From positions 1 to 24,072 of the IMG/VR virus record IMGVR_UViG_3300014208_000734: DNA of 24,072 bases, one strand, 5' to 3'. The notes beneath the pieces are model-generated. The model worked only from the letters and a program-made list of their open reading frames with translations. It was not told the DNA's origin and ran no database searches. The translations under genes and the position numbers were made by a program. This document shows, one piece after another, positions 1-8,376 of this stretch. Source of the DNA: a virus (Duplodnaviria; Caudoviricetes). How positions within the stretch are numbered: position 1 is the stretch's first letter; every line of letters starts with the position of its first letter.

Positions 1-34
1 AGAAAAATCCTAAAATAAAGTAAGGTTATGAAAC

Positions 35-121
35 GGAGGCGTGTCCGAGTGGTCTATGGAGATAGTCTTGAAAACTATTAGACCTGAAAGGGTCTCGTGA
101 GTTCGAATCTCACCGCCTCCG
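35..121 (+). tRNA. tRNA-Ser(TGA)
   Basis: Acceptor GGAGGCG/CGCCTCC, anticodon arm ATAGT-CT-TGA-AA-ACTAT, long variable arm, T arm GTGAG-TTCGAAT-CTCAC, discriminator G; CCA not encoded. Confidence 0.96.
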
Positions 122-140
122 CAGAGACAATTTATTATCG

Positions 141-176
141 GAGTCAACTCACTTGCCTGTGCAAGTGGTACGACTC
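141..176. repeat. Imperfect palindrome downstream of tRNA-Ser
   Basis: GAGTC-AACT-CACTTGC-CTGT-GCAAGTG-GTAC-GACTC: 7-bp inner stem plus 5-bp outer stem. Confidence 0.6.
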
Positions 177-190
177 ATATACATTAAGTT

Positions 191-231
191 AAACAAAAAC
201 ATACGAAAAATCGTATGTTTTTGTTTTGTTT
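191..231 (+). terminator. Probable intrinsic terminator after tRNA-Ser
   Basis: Perfect 16-bp inverted repeat AAACAAAAACATACGA (191-206) / TCGTATGTTTTTGTTT (211-226), 4-nt loop, T-rich 3' side. Confidence 0.65.
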
Positions 232-257
232 AAAATGGTAAAATATAAATATTAATT

Positions 258-2981
258 ATGAATAAGATTGACACTGAAATATTGAATATAGACAAAGTCA
301 TATCTGCCAATATCGACAGATTTGATACTTCTGAAAGAGGGTTATTGTCACAGAACATACTGTCGCAACTCAGAAACTTTGTCGACCATACTTCGCTAAA
401 AGCATACAGCAATAGTAAGGATATAGATAACTCGTACGATAATATAAAGAAAGCCGAGGCTTATGTTAAAACTAGAGGTGATCTTAGGTTTCTGAGCAAC
501 TTCCACAAACTTCTCCAGAAGACGATTTCCCATTACACTCCTGATGAAGAAAATTCAGAGAGGCTGATGCTCAAGTATTATGAGTATCTTTTGAAAATAA
601 AATCATATTTAAAGAACACTCATAACTTAGATGTTTTCAGAAATATATCCTCATTTCCCATAAATACTGATTCTGTACTTAAAGAGTATCACGAAAAAAT
701 TGCTGAAAAAATAGCCAATCAACCAACAGTAGACCCTAAGGGTGTTCCCAGTGATAGATTTTATATTCAGAAGATAAAGCCATTCTTCGTTAACTACGAA
801 GTTTATTATGAAGTGACTTTTACACTCGCGAACGACAGCACTAGTAAATTTGATAGGATCATCGCTTTCACCAAGTTAGACATATCTGATAATTACGCTG
901 TTAAGCTATCCATAACCACGGATAGCATAAAGATCTTGGACAAAAACATGCCAATCCAAATCATAAACGACTGGGAGGTTTCTATACGTCCATGCGAGCT
1001 AAATAATTTTGCTGACATTTTTGGGAAACATCCGAAGATCCAGAATGGAAAAGAGTATAAGGAATTGATGAAGTTTTTGACAAGCACAAGTTTAAATCTT
1101 ACCGAGTTTATTGATTTATCTGACGATTACTATCAAGAAGTAAAAACCAAGATAGTTAATGTGGCACAGACCAATTATATTTTTGATATTTTAGATAATG
1201 TTCGTGCTTTTATTCAAACAAAGAAACCTGGTACAAATGTGATCAGATATCTACTTTATAGACTCAATAACAAAATAATTAAACAACAATACAACTACAG
1301 TGGCTGTGAAAAACTTTCTGATTTAAAACTGAAATATGGATGTATACCGTTTGATGAAATGCCGTTTAATTCTTCACCGATTAATCATAATTTAAAAGTA
1401 TCAGATCTGTTTGACTGCATTGATGCAACAGGTCGAGAGCATGAGTTATTCGCAAAGTTTATTACAAATAAAAACGAAATTGATGGTCATCTCTATACTC
1501 CAATATCTGATACTAGTGGCTTTAAAGATGTCGATACATTGATACAGAAGTACAATTCTTCTTTGTATTTCAAACATGGACATCGCAAATTGGAAAAATT
1601 TAAAGACCATATCTACATTAAAGGATACGAAGAGGCTACTTTATATATCATTAAAAAACTGAAGGATCTATCGTCTACGGGTATTCGAAACTACTCAAGT
1701 TCAATTGATTCTTGGTTCCAAACATCTACACACATTGTCGATTGTGACGAAAAGAAAGATGCATTACGAAAACTGTTTGAGAAATCAAAAGTTGCATTGG
1801 TGTATGGGGCCGCAGGTACTGGAAAATCGACGATGATAAATCACATATCGAACTTCTTTAACGATAAAACTAAACTTTTTCTTGCAAACACCAACCCTGC
1901 TGTAGACAACTTAAGAAGAAAGGTTCAGGCGGCTAATTGCTCATACAAGACAATTAGCAAGTTCTTATCACCCAAGAATACTGACTCCGAATACGATATA
2001 TTAATCATTGATGAATGTAGCACCGTTAGTAATTCAAATATGCGTGAGGTACTAGAAAAGGCAAATTTTAAATTGTTAGTTTTGGTTGGTGATGTGTTTC
2101 AAATAGAGTCTATAAACTTCGGTAATTGGTTCAATATTGCCCAGTCTTTTATTCCTCAAACATCAAGATTCGAGCTTACTAAGCCATACCGTACTACAAA
2201 TGAAAAGTTGATTACTTTGTGGAACAAGGTAAGAAATATAGATGGTGACATACTTGAGCATATTACAAAAAATAATTATTCTGTGAAGCTGGATGAATCC
2301 TTCTTTGAAAATGCCGAGGAAGACGAGATTGTTCTTTGTCTTAACTACGATGGTTTATACGGGATCAATAACATCAATAGATTTCTTCAGAGTAATAATA
2401 AAAATAGTCCCATGTACTGGGGTGTCCATACTTACAAAATAGGTGATCCTATTTTGTTTAATGAAATGAATAGATTTTCTCCACTTATTTACAATAATCT
2501 CAAGGGTAAGATTGTAGGTATTACGAAGACTACCGATAAGATTCAATTTGATATTGAAATTGATAAGGTAATAAATGATTTTGATGCAGAAGGCTATGAT
2601 TTTCAGTTAGTCGGTAACACTCCTGATGGAAGTAAGTCAGTCATTCGCTTTTCAGTGAACAAGTACGCTAGTTCTGATGAAGACGATGATGATTCTTCTT
2701 CTGATGCGATAGTTCCGTTTCAGGTTTCTTACGCTGTTTCAATCCATAAGGCACAAGGTCTTGAGTTTGATTCAGTTAAAGTTGTGATTACAAACGAAGT
2801 AGAGGAAATGATAACGCATAATATCTTTTATACAGCAATCACAAGAGCAAAAGAAAAGCTAAAGATATATTGGACACCTGAGACAGAGAAGAAAGTATTA
2901 GATGGTTTGCAAAAGAGAAGCTCTAAAAAAGATGTTGCTCTTCTGACATTAAGATTAAGTACTGATTCTACACATCCATAA
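258..2981 (+). CDS. RecD-like superfamily 1B DNA helicase with long uncharacterised N-terminal region
   Basis: 907 aa; Walker A GAAGTGKS, Walker B IIDECS, motif III VGDVFQ, motif V YAVSIHKAQGLEFD, motif VI FYTAITRAK. Confidence 0.88.
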   Translation: MNKIDTEILNIDKVISANIDRFDTSERGLLSQNILSQLRNFVDHTSLKAYSNSKDIDNSYDNIKKAEAYVKTRGDLRFLSNFHKLLQKTISHYTPDEENSERLMLKYYEYLLKIKSYLKNTHNLDVFRNISSFPINTDSVLKEYHEKIAEKIANQPTVDPKGVPSDRFYIQKIKPFFVNYEVYYEVTFTLANDSTSKFDRIIAFTKLDISDNYAVKLSITTDSIKILDKNMPIQIINDWEVSIRPCELNNFADIFGKHPKIQNGKEYKELMKFLTSTSLNLTEFIDLSDDYYQEVKTKIVNVAQTNYIFDILDNVRAFIQTKKPGTNVIRYLLYRLNNKIIKQQYNYSGCEKLSDLKLKYGCIPFDEMPFNSSPINHNLKVSDLFDCIDATGREHELFAKFITNKNEIDGHLYTPISDTSGFKDVDTLIQKYNSSLYFKHGHRKLEKFKDHIYIKGYEEATLYIIKKLKDLSSTGIRNYSSSIDSWFQTSTHIVDCDEKKDALRKLFEKSKVALVYGAAGTGKSTMINHISNFFNDKTKLFLANTNPAVDNLRRKVQAANCSYKTISKFLSPKNTDSEYDILIIDECSTVSNSNMREVLEKANFKLLVLVGDVFQIESINFGNWFNIAQSFIPQTSRFELTKPYRTTNEKLITLWNKVRNIDGDILEHITKNNYSVKLDESFFENAEEDEIVLCLNYDGLYGINNINRFLQSNNKNSPMYWGVHTYKIGDPILFNEMNRFSPLIYNNLKGKIVGITKTTDKIQFDIEIDKVINDFDAEGYDFQLVGNTPDGSKSVIRFSVNKYASSDEDDDDSSSDAIVPFQVSYAVSIHKAQGLEFDSVKVVITNEVEEMITHNIFYTAITRAKEKLKIYWTPETEKKVLDGLQKRSSKKDVALLTLRLSTDSTHP

Positions 2982-4302
2982 GAGTAAGTAGTTTATCCTT
3001 ATAAATTATCCTACTTCTCAAATTTGCTAATAATTCTCGTTTTTCAGTTACCATACCCTCTTTGAGAATATACTTAGCATAGTTTCGTATATCTGAATCT
3101 TGCCTGTTGCCAATTTTGTCAGTGCTTCCAAGGACTGATCTCTGAAATATATTAAATCGTGCGATTTCATTCTCGAGTTTATGTCTCATACCTAATTCGT
3201 TGATGTTCACTTTGTCGAGTATCTTAAGCATTTCAATTATTAAATCTTCTTCTCGTATGTATTTGTTTTTGCAATTTCTATCTCGTGCTCTACTACATGA
3301 GTAGTAGACGTATTTTGCGTGTGTACCATCTTTGAGTTGTTTCCACTTTTCTTCAGCTGATATTCCTGAACTACAGTATCCACATGTGAATAGTTTAGTG
3401 AATGAGAATTCTTTATTTCCTCGTTGTATGTTATCTCTCTTAAGTTGCGATTGTGCTTGGTCAAATAATTCTTTAGTGATAATTGATTCATGTTTTCCCT
3501 GATACCAATTACCGCTATCTTTAGGATATTCAAACATTCCATAATAGAAAGGGCTTTCTAATATTCTATATACCCCAGCGAGTGTAAGTGGTTTATTTCC
3601 TCTAGTATAAAAATTGGCTTCGAATCGAAGCCAATTGTATATCTTTCTTCCACTTAATTTTTCGTATGCTACTCTTTCAAATATTTTCCTTACGAGTGGA
3701 GCTCTTAGTTGATCTATTATAAGCTGACATTTCTTATCCATATCTTTTTGATTTAAATATCCAAGTGGTGCAACTCCTGGCCATAATCCCATTTCTACTC
3801 TCGTGCGTAATCCTCTCTTAACATTAATACCACGATTATCATTTTCTAGTTTTGCTTGCGACCCAAGAATCATAAGAAGAAATTTCTCATTTGGATTATT
3901 TCCAAACGTTTGTCCAAATGTACGTATCATCTGCAACTTTCCCGCATCCATTAAATCTACAATTCTTCCTAGATCTCCTGCATTTCTTGAAATACGGTCA
4001 GGTGCCCACGTAAGTATTCCATTAAACTTACCATCTCGAATTTCCTCAATAATCTCATTAAATACTGGTCGTTGCCCAGTTTCCTTTGCTGAGTGACTTT
4101 CTCTCTTCATAGTTACCACCTCAAGCCCCTCTCGGTCTGCAAGTTGGAGCATTTCCTTTATTTGGCTATCAATACTCAATACTTGTCGTTCTTCTGATTC
4201 TGTTGATTTTCGTGCATAAAGGCAGTACTTAACTTTTACTTCTGTTATTGTCCCTCTGGCTGTCATAGCCCCTGGCATTTGATCTAATGTTTTCATACAC
4301 AT
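2968..4302 (-). CDS. Large serine recombinase (resolvase + recombinase + zinc ribbon); start could be 4296
   Basis: Catalytic YARKS motif, SIDSQ, RPVFNE, DRISRN, APLGY, zinc ribbon CGYC...YYSC...C. Confidence 0.93.
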   Translation of the reverse strand: MCMKTLDQMPGAMTARGTITEVKVKYCLYARKSTESEERQVLSIDSQIKEMLQLADREGLEVVTMKRESHSAKETGQRPVFNEIIEEIRDGKFNGILTWAPDRISRNAGDLGRIVDLMDAGKLQMIRTFGQTFGNNPNEKFLLMILGSQAKLENDNRGINVKRGLRTRVEMGLWPGVAPLGYLNQKDMDKKCQLIIDQLRAPLVRKIFERVAYEKLSGRKIYNWLRFEANFYTRGNKPLTLAGVYRILESPFYYGMFEYPKDSGNWYQGKHESIITKELFDQAQSQLKRDNIQRGNKEFSFTKLFTCGYCSSGISAEEKWKQLKDGTHAKYVYYSCSRARDRNCKNKYIREEDLIIEMLKILDKVNINELGMRHKLENEIARFNIFQRSVLGSTDKIGNRQDSDIRNYAKYILKEGMVTEKRELLANLRSRIIYKDKLLTLMDV

Positions 4303-4353
4303 ACATTAATGACGCAAACTACCCTAGTAGTCCAGAGCGTCTCATTGCCATAG

Positions 4354-4380
4354 TGTTGATAACTAAAAAGGTTATCAACA
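4354..4380. promoter_or_regulatory. Palindromic operator-like site between the divergent LSR and defence operon
   Basis: TGTTGATAAC (4354-4363), 7-nt spacer, GTTATCAACA (4371-4380); lies just upstream of the -35 box. Confidence 0.55.
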
Positions 4381-4390
4381 GCCAAAAACT
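4370..4390. repeat. Left copy of 21-bp inverted repeat (partner 15070-15090)
   Basis: GGTTATCAACAGCCAAAAACT; its reverse complement matches 15070-15090 at 20 of 21 positions. Confidence 0.75.
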
Positions 4391-4418
4391 TGCATTTATT
4401 GTGAAAGTGCAGTATACT
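4390..4418 (+). promoter_or_regulatory. Sigma70-type promoter of the defence operon, probably giving leaderless mRNA
   Basis: TTGCAT (4390-4395), 17 bp, TATACT (4413-4418), ATG 6 nt later at 4425. Confidence 0.65.
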
Positions 4419-4424
4419 ATCTAC

Positions 4425-5012
4425 ATGCATAAGAAATTAAGCCAATTAGCAGACATAGTTTCAGGGTATACATTCCGTGGATCTATAGAAAATAACCCAA
4501 ATGGGGATATTTTTGTGCTTCAAGCTAAAAATATACAAACAAACCAAGATATTAAGGACACCTCTGATTTCACAACAATTTCAGACAAGTCCTTAAGAAA
4601 CCCCTACTTCCTACAACATAATGACATCTTGCTTGTTTCTAGAGGATCAGGAATCGGATCATTTCGTTCGTCAATTTTTGTATCAGAGAAATCAAAAGTC
4701 ATGCCGTCGTCTTCAGTTCATGTAATACGAATTCAAGATGTGACAGTCCTTCCTAAATATGTCTCTCTTTATCTTAATTCAGAAATCGGACAAAAAATAC
4801 TATCTCAGATAGTTACAGGAGCTTCGTATATACAAAGTATCCTCGTAAAAAATTTAATAGACTTTGAAATACCTATACCCCCGATACATACTCAAAAATC
4901 AATTATCGCTTTACACGAGAACATAACAGACCAAGAACGGATACTTAAAAGAAAACAGGAACTACAAAAAAACATTATCAACGCATCGTTTAATAACTTA
5001 TTTAATAAATAA
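4425..5012 (+). CDS. Half-size type I R-M specificity subunit-like protein (single TRD)
   Basis: 195 aa from ATG 4425; KLSQLADIVSG, DILLVSRG, YVSLYLNS and IPIPPIHTQKSI followed by a helical tail are HsdS-type motifs. The longer ORF start at 4287 overlaps the LSR and the promoter. Confidence 0.8.
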   Translation: MHKKLSQLADIVSGYTFRGSIENNPNGDIFVLQAKNIQTNQDIKDTSDFTTISDKSLRNPYFLQHNDILLVSRGSGIGSFRSSIFVSEKSKVMPSSSVHVIRIQDVTVLPKYVSLYLNSEIGQKILSQIVTGASYIQSILVKNLIDFEIPIPPIHTQKSIIALHENITDQERILKRKQELQKNIINASFNNLFNK

Positions 5013-5017
5013 AATAT

Positions 5018-5248
5018 ATGATCAAGAAACAATATAAAACAATAAAAGAAACATCTACTGGTCGCAACAAAAAAAGTATCAATCTAAATAATTTATCTAA
5101 AGAGAAAAATAAAGTCTTAATTAAGAAAGCGGATGCTGGGAAATTACCAGGTTATCACACTGTAAAACAAGAAGGTAAGAAAAAATTTTTAAGATCTAAT
5201 CCTGATCGAATGAAAAAAAATAATTTAGATCCTAAAATTAATAAATAA
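5018..5248 (+). CDS. Small basic protein, DUF3892-like
   Basis: 76 aa, Lys-rich, tightly packed in the operon; C-terminal GKKKFLRSNPD...NNL resembles my recollection of the DUF3892 signature. Confidence 0.55.
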   Translation: MIKKQYKTIKETSTGRNKKSINLNNLSKEKNKVLIKKADAGKLPGYHTVKQEGKKKFLRSNPDRMKKNNLDPKINK

Positions 5249-5251
5249 TTT

Positions 5252-6763
5252 ATGACTAATCAAAAATACACACAAGAAGACTTAAATAAAATCCTCTGGC
5301 AAGCAGCGGATTCTTCTCGCATACAAGTTGACGCAGGAGTCTATAAAGACTATGTACTCTCAATGCTCTTCTTTAAATACTTGAGTGACCTTTCTAAAAA
5401 GAAACGAAATGAATACAAAGAACGCTTTGGAAATGACGAAAAGCGTACTGAAGAGAAAATGAAGCTCGACCGCTTCTATCTTCCTCTAAAGTCTTCGTTC
5501 GATTATATCTATTCAATTATCGAGCAAGATAATCTTGGCGAAGAAATAAACAAAGCACTTCATCGTATTGAAGATGCCAACAAAGAAAAACTTGATGGTG
5601 TATTTTCTGTGGATTTCAATTCTGAATCAACTCTTGGAAAACTTGCGGAAAGAAATAAGATGCTTCGTCACCTTATACAAGACTTTGCAAAAATGGATCT
5701 TGCTGATGTTAACGATGACATCATTGGAAACTCTTACATGTACATGATTGAACGCTTTGGAGCAGACGCAGGTAAAAAAGCTGGAGAATTTTTTACTGTT
5801 CGTAATGTCGCTAAACTTGTCGCCAAACTTGCTGAGCCAAAGCCGGGTGCTCGTATTTGTGATCCTTGTACGGGATCTGGGGGACTCCTTCTTCTTGCAG
5901 GTGAAGAGGTTGAAAAGCAAGGTTCAAAAAACTACGCTCTCTATGGTCAAGAATCAACAGGTTCAACATACCAACTTGCTCGCATGAACATGTTTTTACA
6001 CGGAAAAGACTCAGCAAGAATTGAATGGGGTGATACTCTCAATAATCCACTTCTTGTAGAAAACGACCATCTAATGAAATTCGACATCATTGTTGCCAAC
6101 CCACCATTCTCTCTTAAGAAATGGGGTGCTGAACAAGCAGATGCAGACAAATACAAACGATTCTGGCGTGGAGTTCCACCAAAAGACAAAGGTGATTTCG
6201 CCTTCATTACTCACATGGTGGAAACAGCAAAACCAAAAACGGGTCGCATTGCTGTTATTGTCCCTCATGGTGTTCTCTTCCGAGGTGGTGCGGAAGGTAA
6301 AATCAGAGAACAACTTCTTAAAGAGAATATTATTGAAGCAGTAATTGGACTTCCTGCGGGTCTATTCCAAACAACAGGTATTCCTGTCGCTATTCTTGTC
6401 ATTGATCGCTCACGAGAAAAAGGAGGAGAAAATGAAAGCAAGAAAGATGTTTTCTTTATTGAAGCATCAAAGGAGTTTAAAGCAAACAAAGCTCAAAATA
6501 TACTCACAGAGGAAAATATCGAGAAGATTTATTCTACTTACAAGACTCGTAAGGATGTAGAAAAATTTGCTCGTAAAGTAAACTTTAAAGAGATTGAGGA
6601 AAATGATTTCAACCTAAATATAACTCGTTATGTTGATACCTTTACAGAAGAAACCCCAGTTGATATAAAAGCAAACTTGAAAGAGCTTGCTGAGCTTGAG
6701 CCACAACTCGAGAAGCTTGAAAAACAAATGGTCGTATATTTAAAAGAATTAGGAATAAAATAA
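5252..6763 (+). CDS. hsdM: Type I R-M methyltransferase subunit
   Basis: 503 aa; HsdM N-terminal LW..AD..R, GEFFT, motif I DPCTGSGG, motif IV NPPF, PHGVLFRGG. Confidence 0.97.
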   Translation: MTNQKYTQEDLNKILWQAADSSRIQVDAGVYKDYVLSMLFFKYLSDLSKKKRNEYKERFGNDEKRTEEKMKLDRFYLPLKSSFDYIYSIIEQDNLGEEINKALHRIEDANKEKLDGVFSVDFNSESTLGKLAERNKMLRHLIQDFAKMDLADVNDDIIGNSYMYMIERFGADAGKKAGEFFTVRNVAKLVAKLAEPKPGARICDPCTGSGGLLLLAGEEVEKQGSKNYALYGQESTGSTYQLARMNMFLHGKDSARIEWGDTLNNPLLVENDHLMKFDIIVANPPFSLKKWGAEQADADKYKRFWRGVPPKDKGDFAFITHMVETAKPKTGRIAVIVPHGVLFRGGAEGKIREQLLKENIIEAVIGLPAGLFQTTGIPVAILVIDRSREKGGENESKKDVFFIEASKEFKANKAQNILTEENIEKIYSTYKTRKDVEKFARKVNFKEIEENDFNLNITRYVDTFTEETPVDIKANLKELAELEPQLEKLEKQMVVYLKELGIK

Positions 6764-6767
6764 ATAT

Positions 6768-7274
6768 ATGGCAGATACAAAAAGACAAGTCTTCTATAGT
6801 TTTCACTACAAGCCAGATTCTTGGCGTGTTTCTCAGGTTCGTAATATTGGTACTATTGAAGGCAACAAGCCTGCACCAGACAATGATTGGGAGACAATAA
6901 CAAATGGTGGTGAGGTAGCAATAAAAAAATGGATAAAAGGTCAGATGGAATATCGTTCATGTACTGTTATCCTTGTTGGAAAAGAAACAGCAAATAGGAA
7001 ATGGATAAACCATGAAATTGTCGAATCGTGGAAAGCAGGAATGGGTGTTGTTGCAATACATGTATATGGTTTAAAAAATCATGAGGGATACATCACCACT
7101 CAAGGTAATAATCCCTTTGACTATATCTCATATGGTACTGGTGGCAAAAAATTATCTTCTATTGCAAAGTGTTACAAACCAACAGGAACAATCAGCAAAG
7201 AACGATATGATTGGATTGCAAGAAATATGTCTGCTATTGTCGAGGAGGCAATTAAAATTAGAAATAACAACTAA
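6768..7274 (+). CDS. TIR domain protein (ThsB / DUF1863-like)
   Basis: 168 aa; RQVFYSFHY..D.WRVSQVRN, CTVILVGKET, WINHEI with the catalytic Glu position intact. Confidence 0.9.
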   Translation: MADTKRQVFYSFHYKPDSWRVSQVRNIGTIEGNKPAPDNDWETITNGGEVAIKKWIKGQMEYRSCTVILVGKETANRKWINHEIVESWKAGMGVVAIHVYGLKNHEGYITTQGNNPFDYISYGTGGKKLSSIAKCYKPTGTISKERYDWIARNMSAIVEEAIKIRNNN

Positions 7275-7278
7275 ATTT

Positions 7279-7683
7279 ATGAATTCAAATGAAAAAAGAC
7301 TAAAACATTTAGAATTAATACAGGGAGTTATAACTCGCATGGGTAGCAACCTGTTTACTCTAAGAGGTTGGATGATAACACTTGTTGTCGGTTTGTCAGT
7401 GGCTTTTTTGGAGGTTGGTCGTAATGAGTTACAGGTAATATTGGTCCTCGTGGTTTTTATATTCTGGGTTCACGATGCATATTTCCTTGCATTAGAGCGT
7501 GGCTATCGATGTTTATATAACAAAGTAAGAAAGTTAGACGAAGACTCTATAGATTTTTCTATGGATGTTTCAGAATTTAGTAATTTGAGAACAACATCTA
7601 TTTGGTATTGTATGTTATCTAAAACATTGGCATTTTTCTATGTACCAACACTGATATTAATAGCTCTAATAAGTATATTTTAA
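7279..7683 (+). CDS. Small 3-TM membrane protein, putative TIR-associated effector
   Basis: 134 aa from ATG 7279 (4 nt after the TIR stop); three hydrophobic segments; motifs HLELIQGVITRM..N...RGW and FWVHDAYFLALER.YR.LY. Confidence 0.8.
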   Translation: MNSNEKRLKHLELIQGVITRMGSNLFTLRGWMITLVVGLSVAFLEVGRNELQVILVLVVFIFWVHDAYFLALERGYRCLYNKVRKLDEDSIDFSMDVSEFSNLRTTSIWYCMLSKTLAFFYVPTLILIALISIF

Positions 7684-7685
7684 TT

Positions 7686-8372
7686 ATGGATACATCTAAA
7701 AAAATATTTGTTAGTTATAAATATAAAGACTGGAATGTTCAACCTCTTTCTGAATATACACCAGCCGAAGATACTGGGTACTTACACACACCAAGACATT
7801 ATGTTGATAAAATAATTGAGATAGTTGGAGTTGATCATATTTATAAGGGAGAGAAAGGTGATGAAAGTATGGGAGATCTTGCTGATGACACAATAGATTC
7901 AAAACTAAAAGAAAAAATATTTGATAGTTCTGTGACTATTGTTTTAATTTCACCTAATATGTTTGATAAATCAGTAGAGGAAAAAGATCAATGGATTCCA
8001 AATGAGATTTCTTATTCTTTGCGTTATAAAACTAGAGGAGATAGAACGAGTAATCCAAATGCAATGCTTGCTGTTGTGCTACCAGATAGAAATGGTAGTT
8101 ATGATTATGCTGTAACGCATTACAGTTGCTCGACCATTTGGCAGACGCATACGTATTTTACAATTCTTAATGAGAATATGTTTAATAGAAAAAATAAAAA
8201 TCAACAACCTTGTAGCGTGTGTAGCGATTATCATCATTTTGGGGATAACCATTCATATATACACCCAGTTAAATGGTCTGACTTCATCGGTAATCATAAT
8301 TTTTATATAAACCATGCTTTGTCTTTGAGAGAGAATCTTCACGATTTCGAGATAAAGAAGATACATGATTAA
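7686..8372 (+). CDS. Second TIR domain protein (ThsB-like)
   Basis: 228 aa; KIFVSYKY, DSSVTIVLISPNM, WIPNEISYSLR with the catalytic Glu. Confidence 0.88.
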   Translation: MDTSKKIFVSYKYKDWNVQPLSEYTPAEDTGYLHTPRHYVDKIIEIVGVDHIYKGEKGDESMGDLADDTIDSKLKEKIFDSSVTIVLISPNMFDKSVEEKDQWIPNEISYSLRYKTRGDRTSNPNAMLAVVLPDRNGSYDYAVTHYSCSTIWQTHTYFTILNENMFNRKNKNQQPCSVCSDYHHFGDNHSYIHPVKWSDFIGNHNFYINHALSLRENLHDFEIKKIHD

Positions 8373-8376
8373 TATT

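Noticed and set aside
95-123. Exact duplication of the tRNA-Ser 3' end as a classical attR
   Set aside because: No copy of TTCGAATCTCACCGCCTCCG was seen elsewhere in the window; only the weak resemblance at 22560-22575.
4287-4424. N-terminal extension of the half-HsdS ORF
   Set aside because: It overlaps the LSR start, the palindrome and a well-spaced promoter; HsdS-like sequence begins at ATG 4425.
7081-7278. 200-aa version of the TM protein overlapping the first TIR
   Set aside because: ATG 7279 follows the TIR stop by 4 nt like the other junctions; the extension is just an open alternative frame.
6768-8372. Calling the cassette canonical Thoeris (thsA/thsB)
   Set aside because: No SIR2-SLOG or Macro-domain ThsA is present, so gene symbols were withheld.
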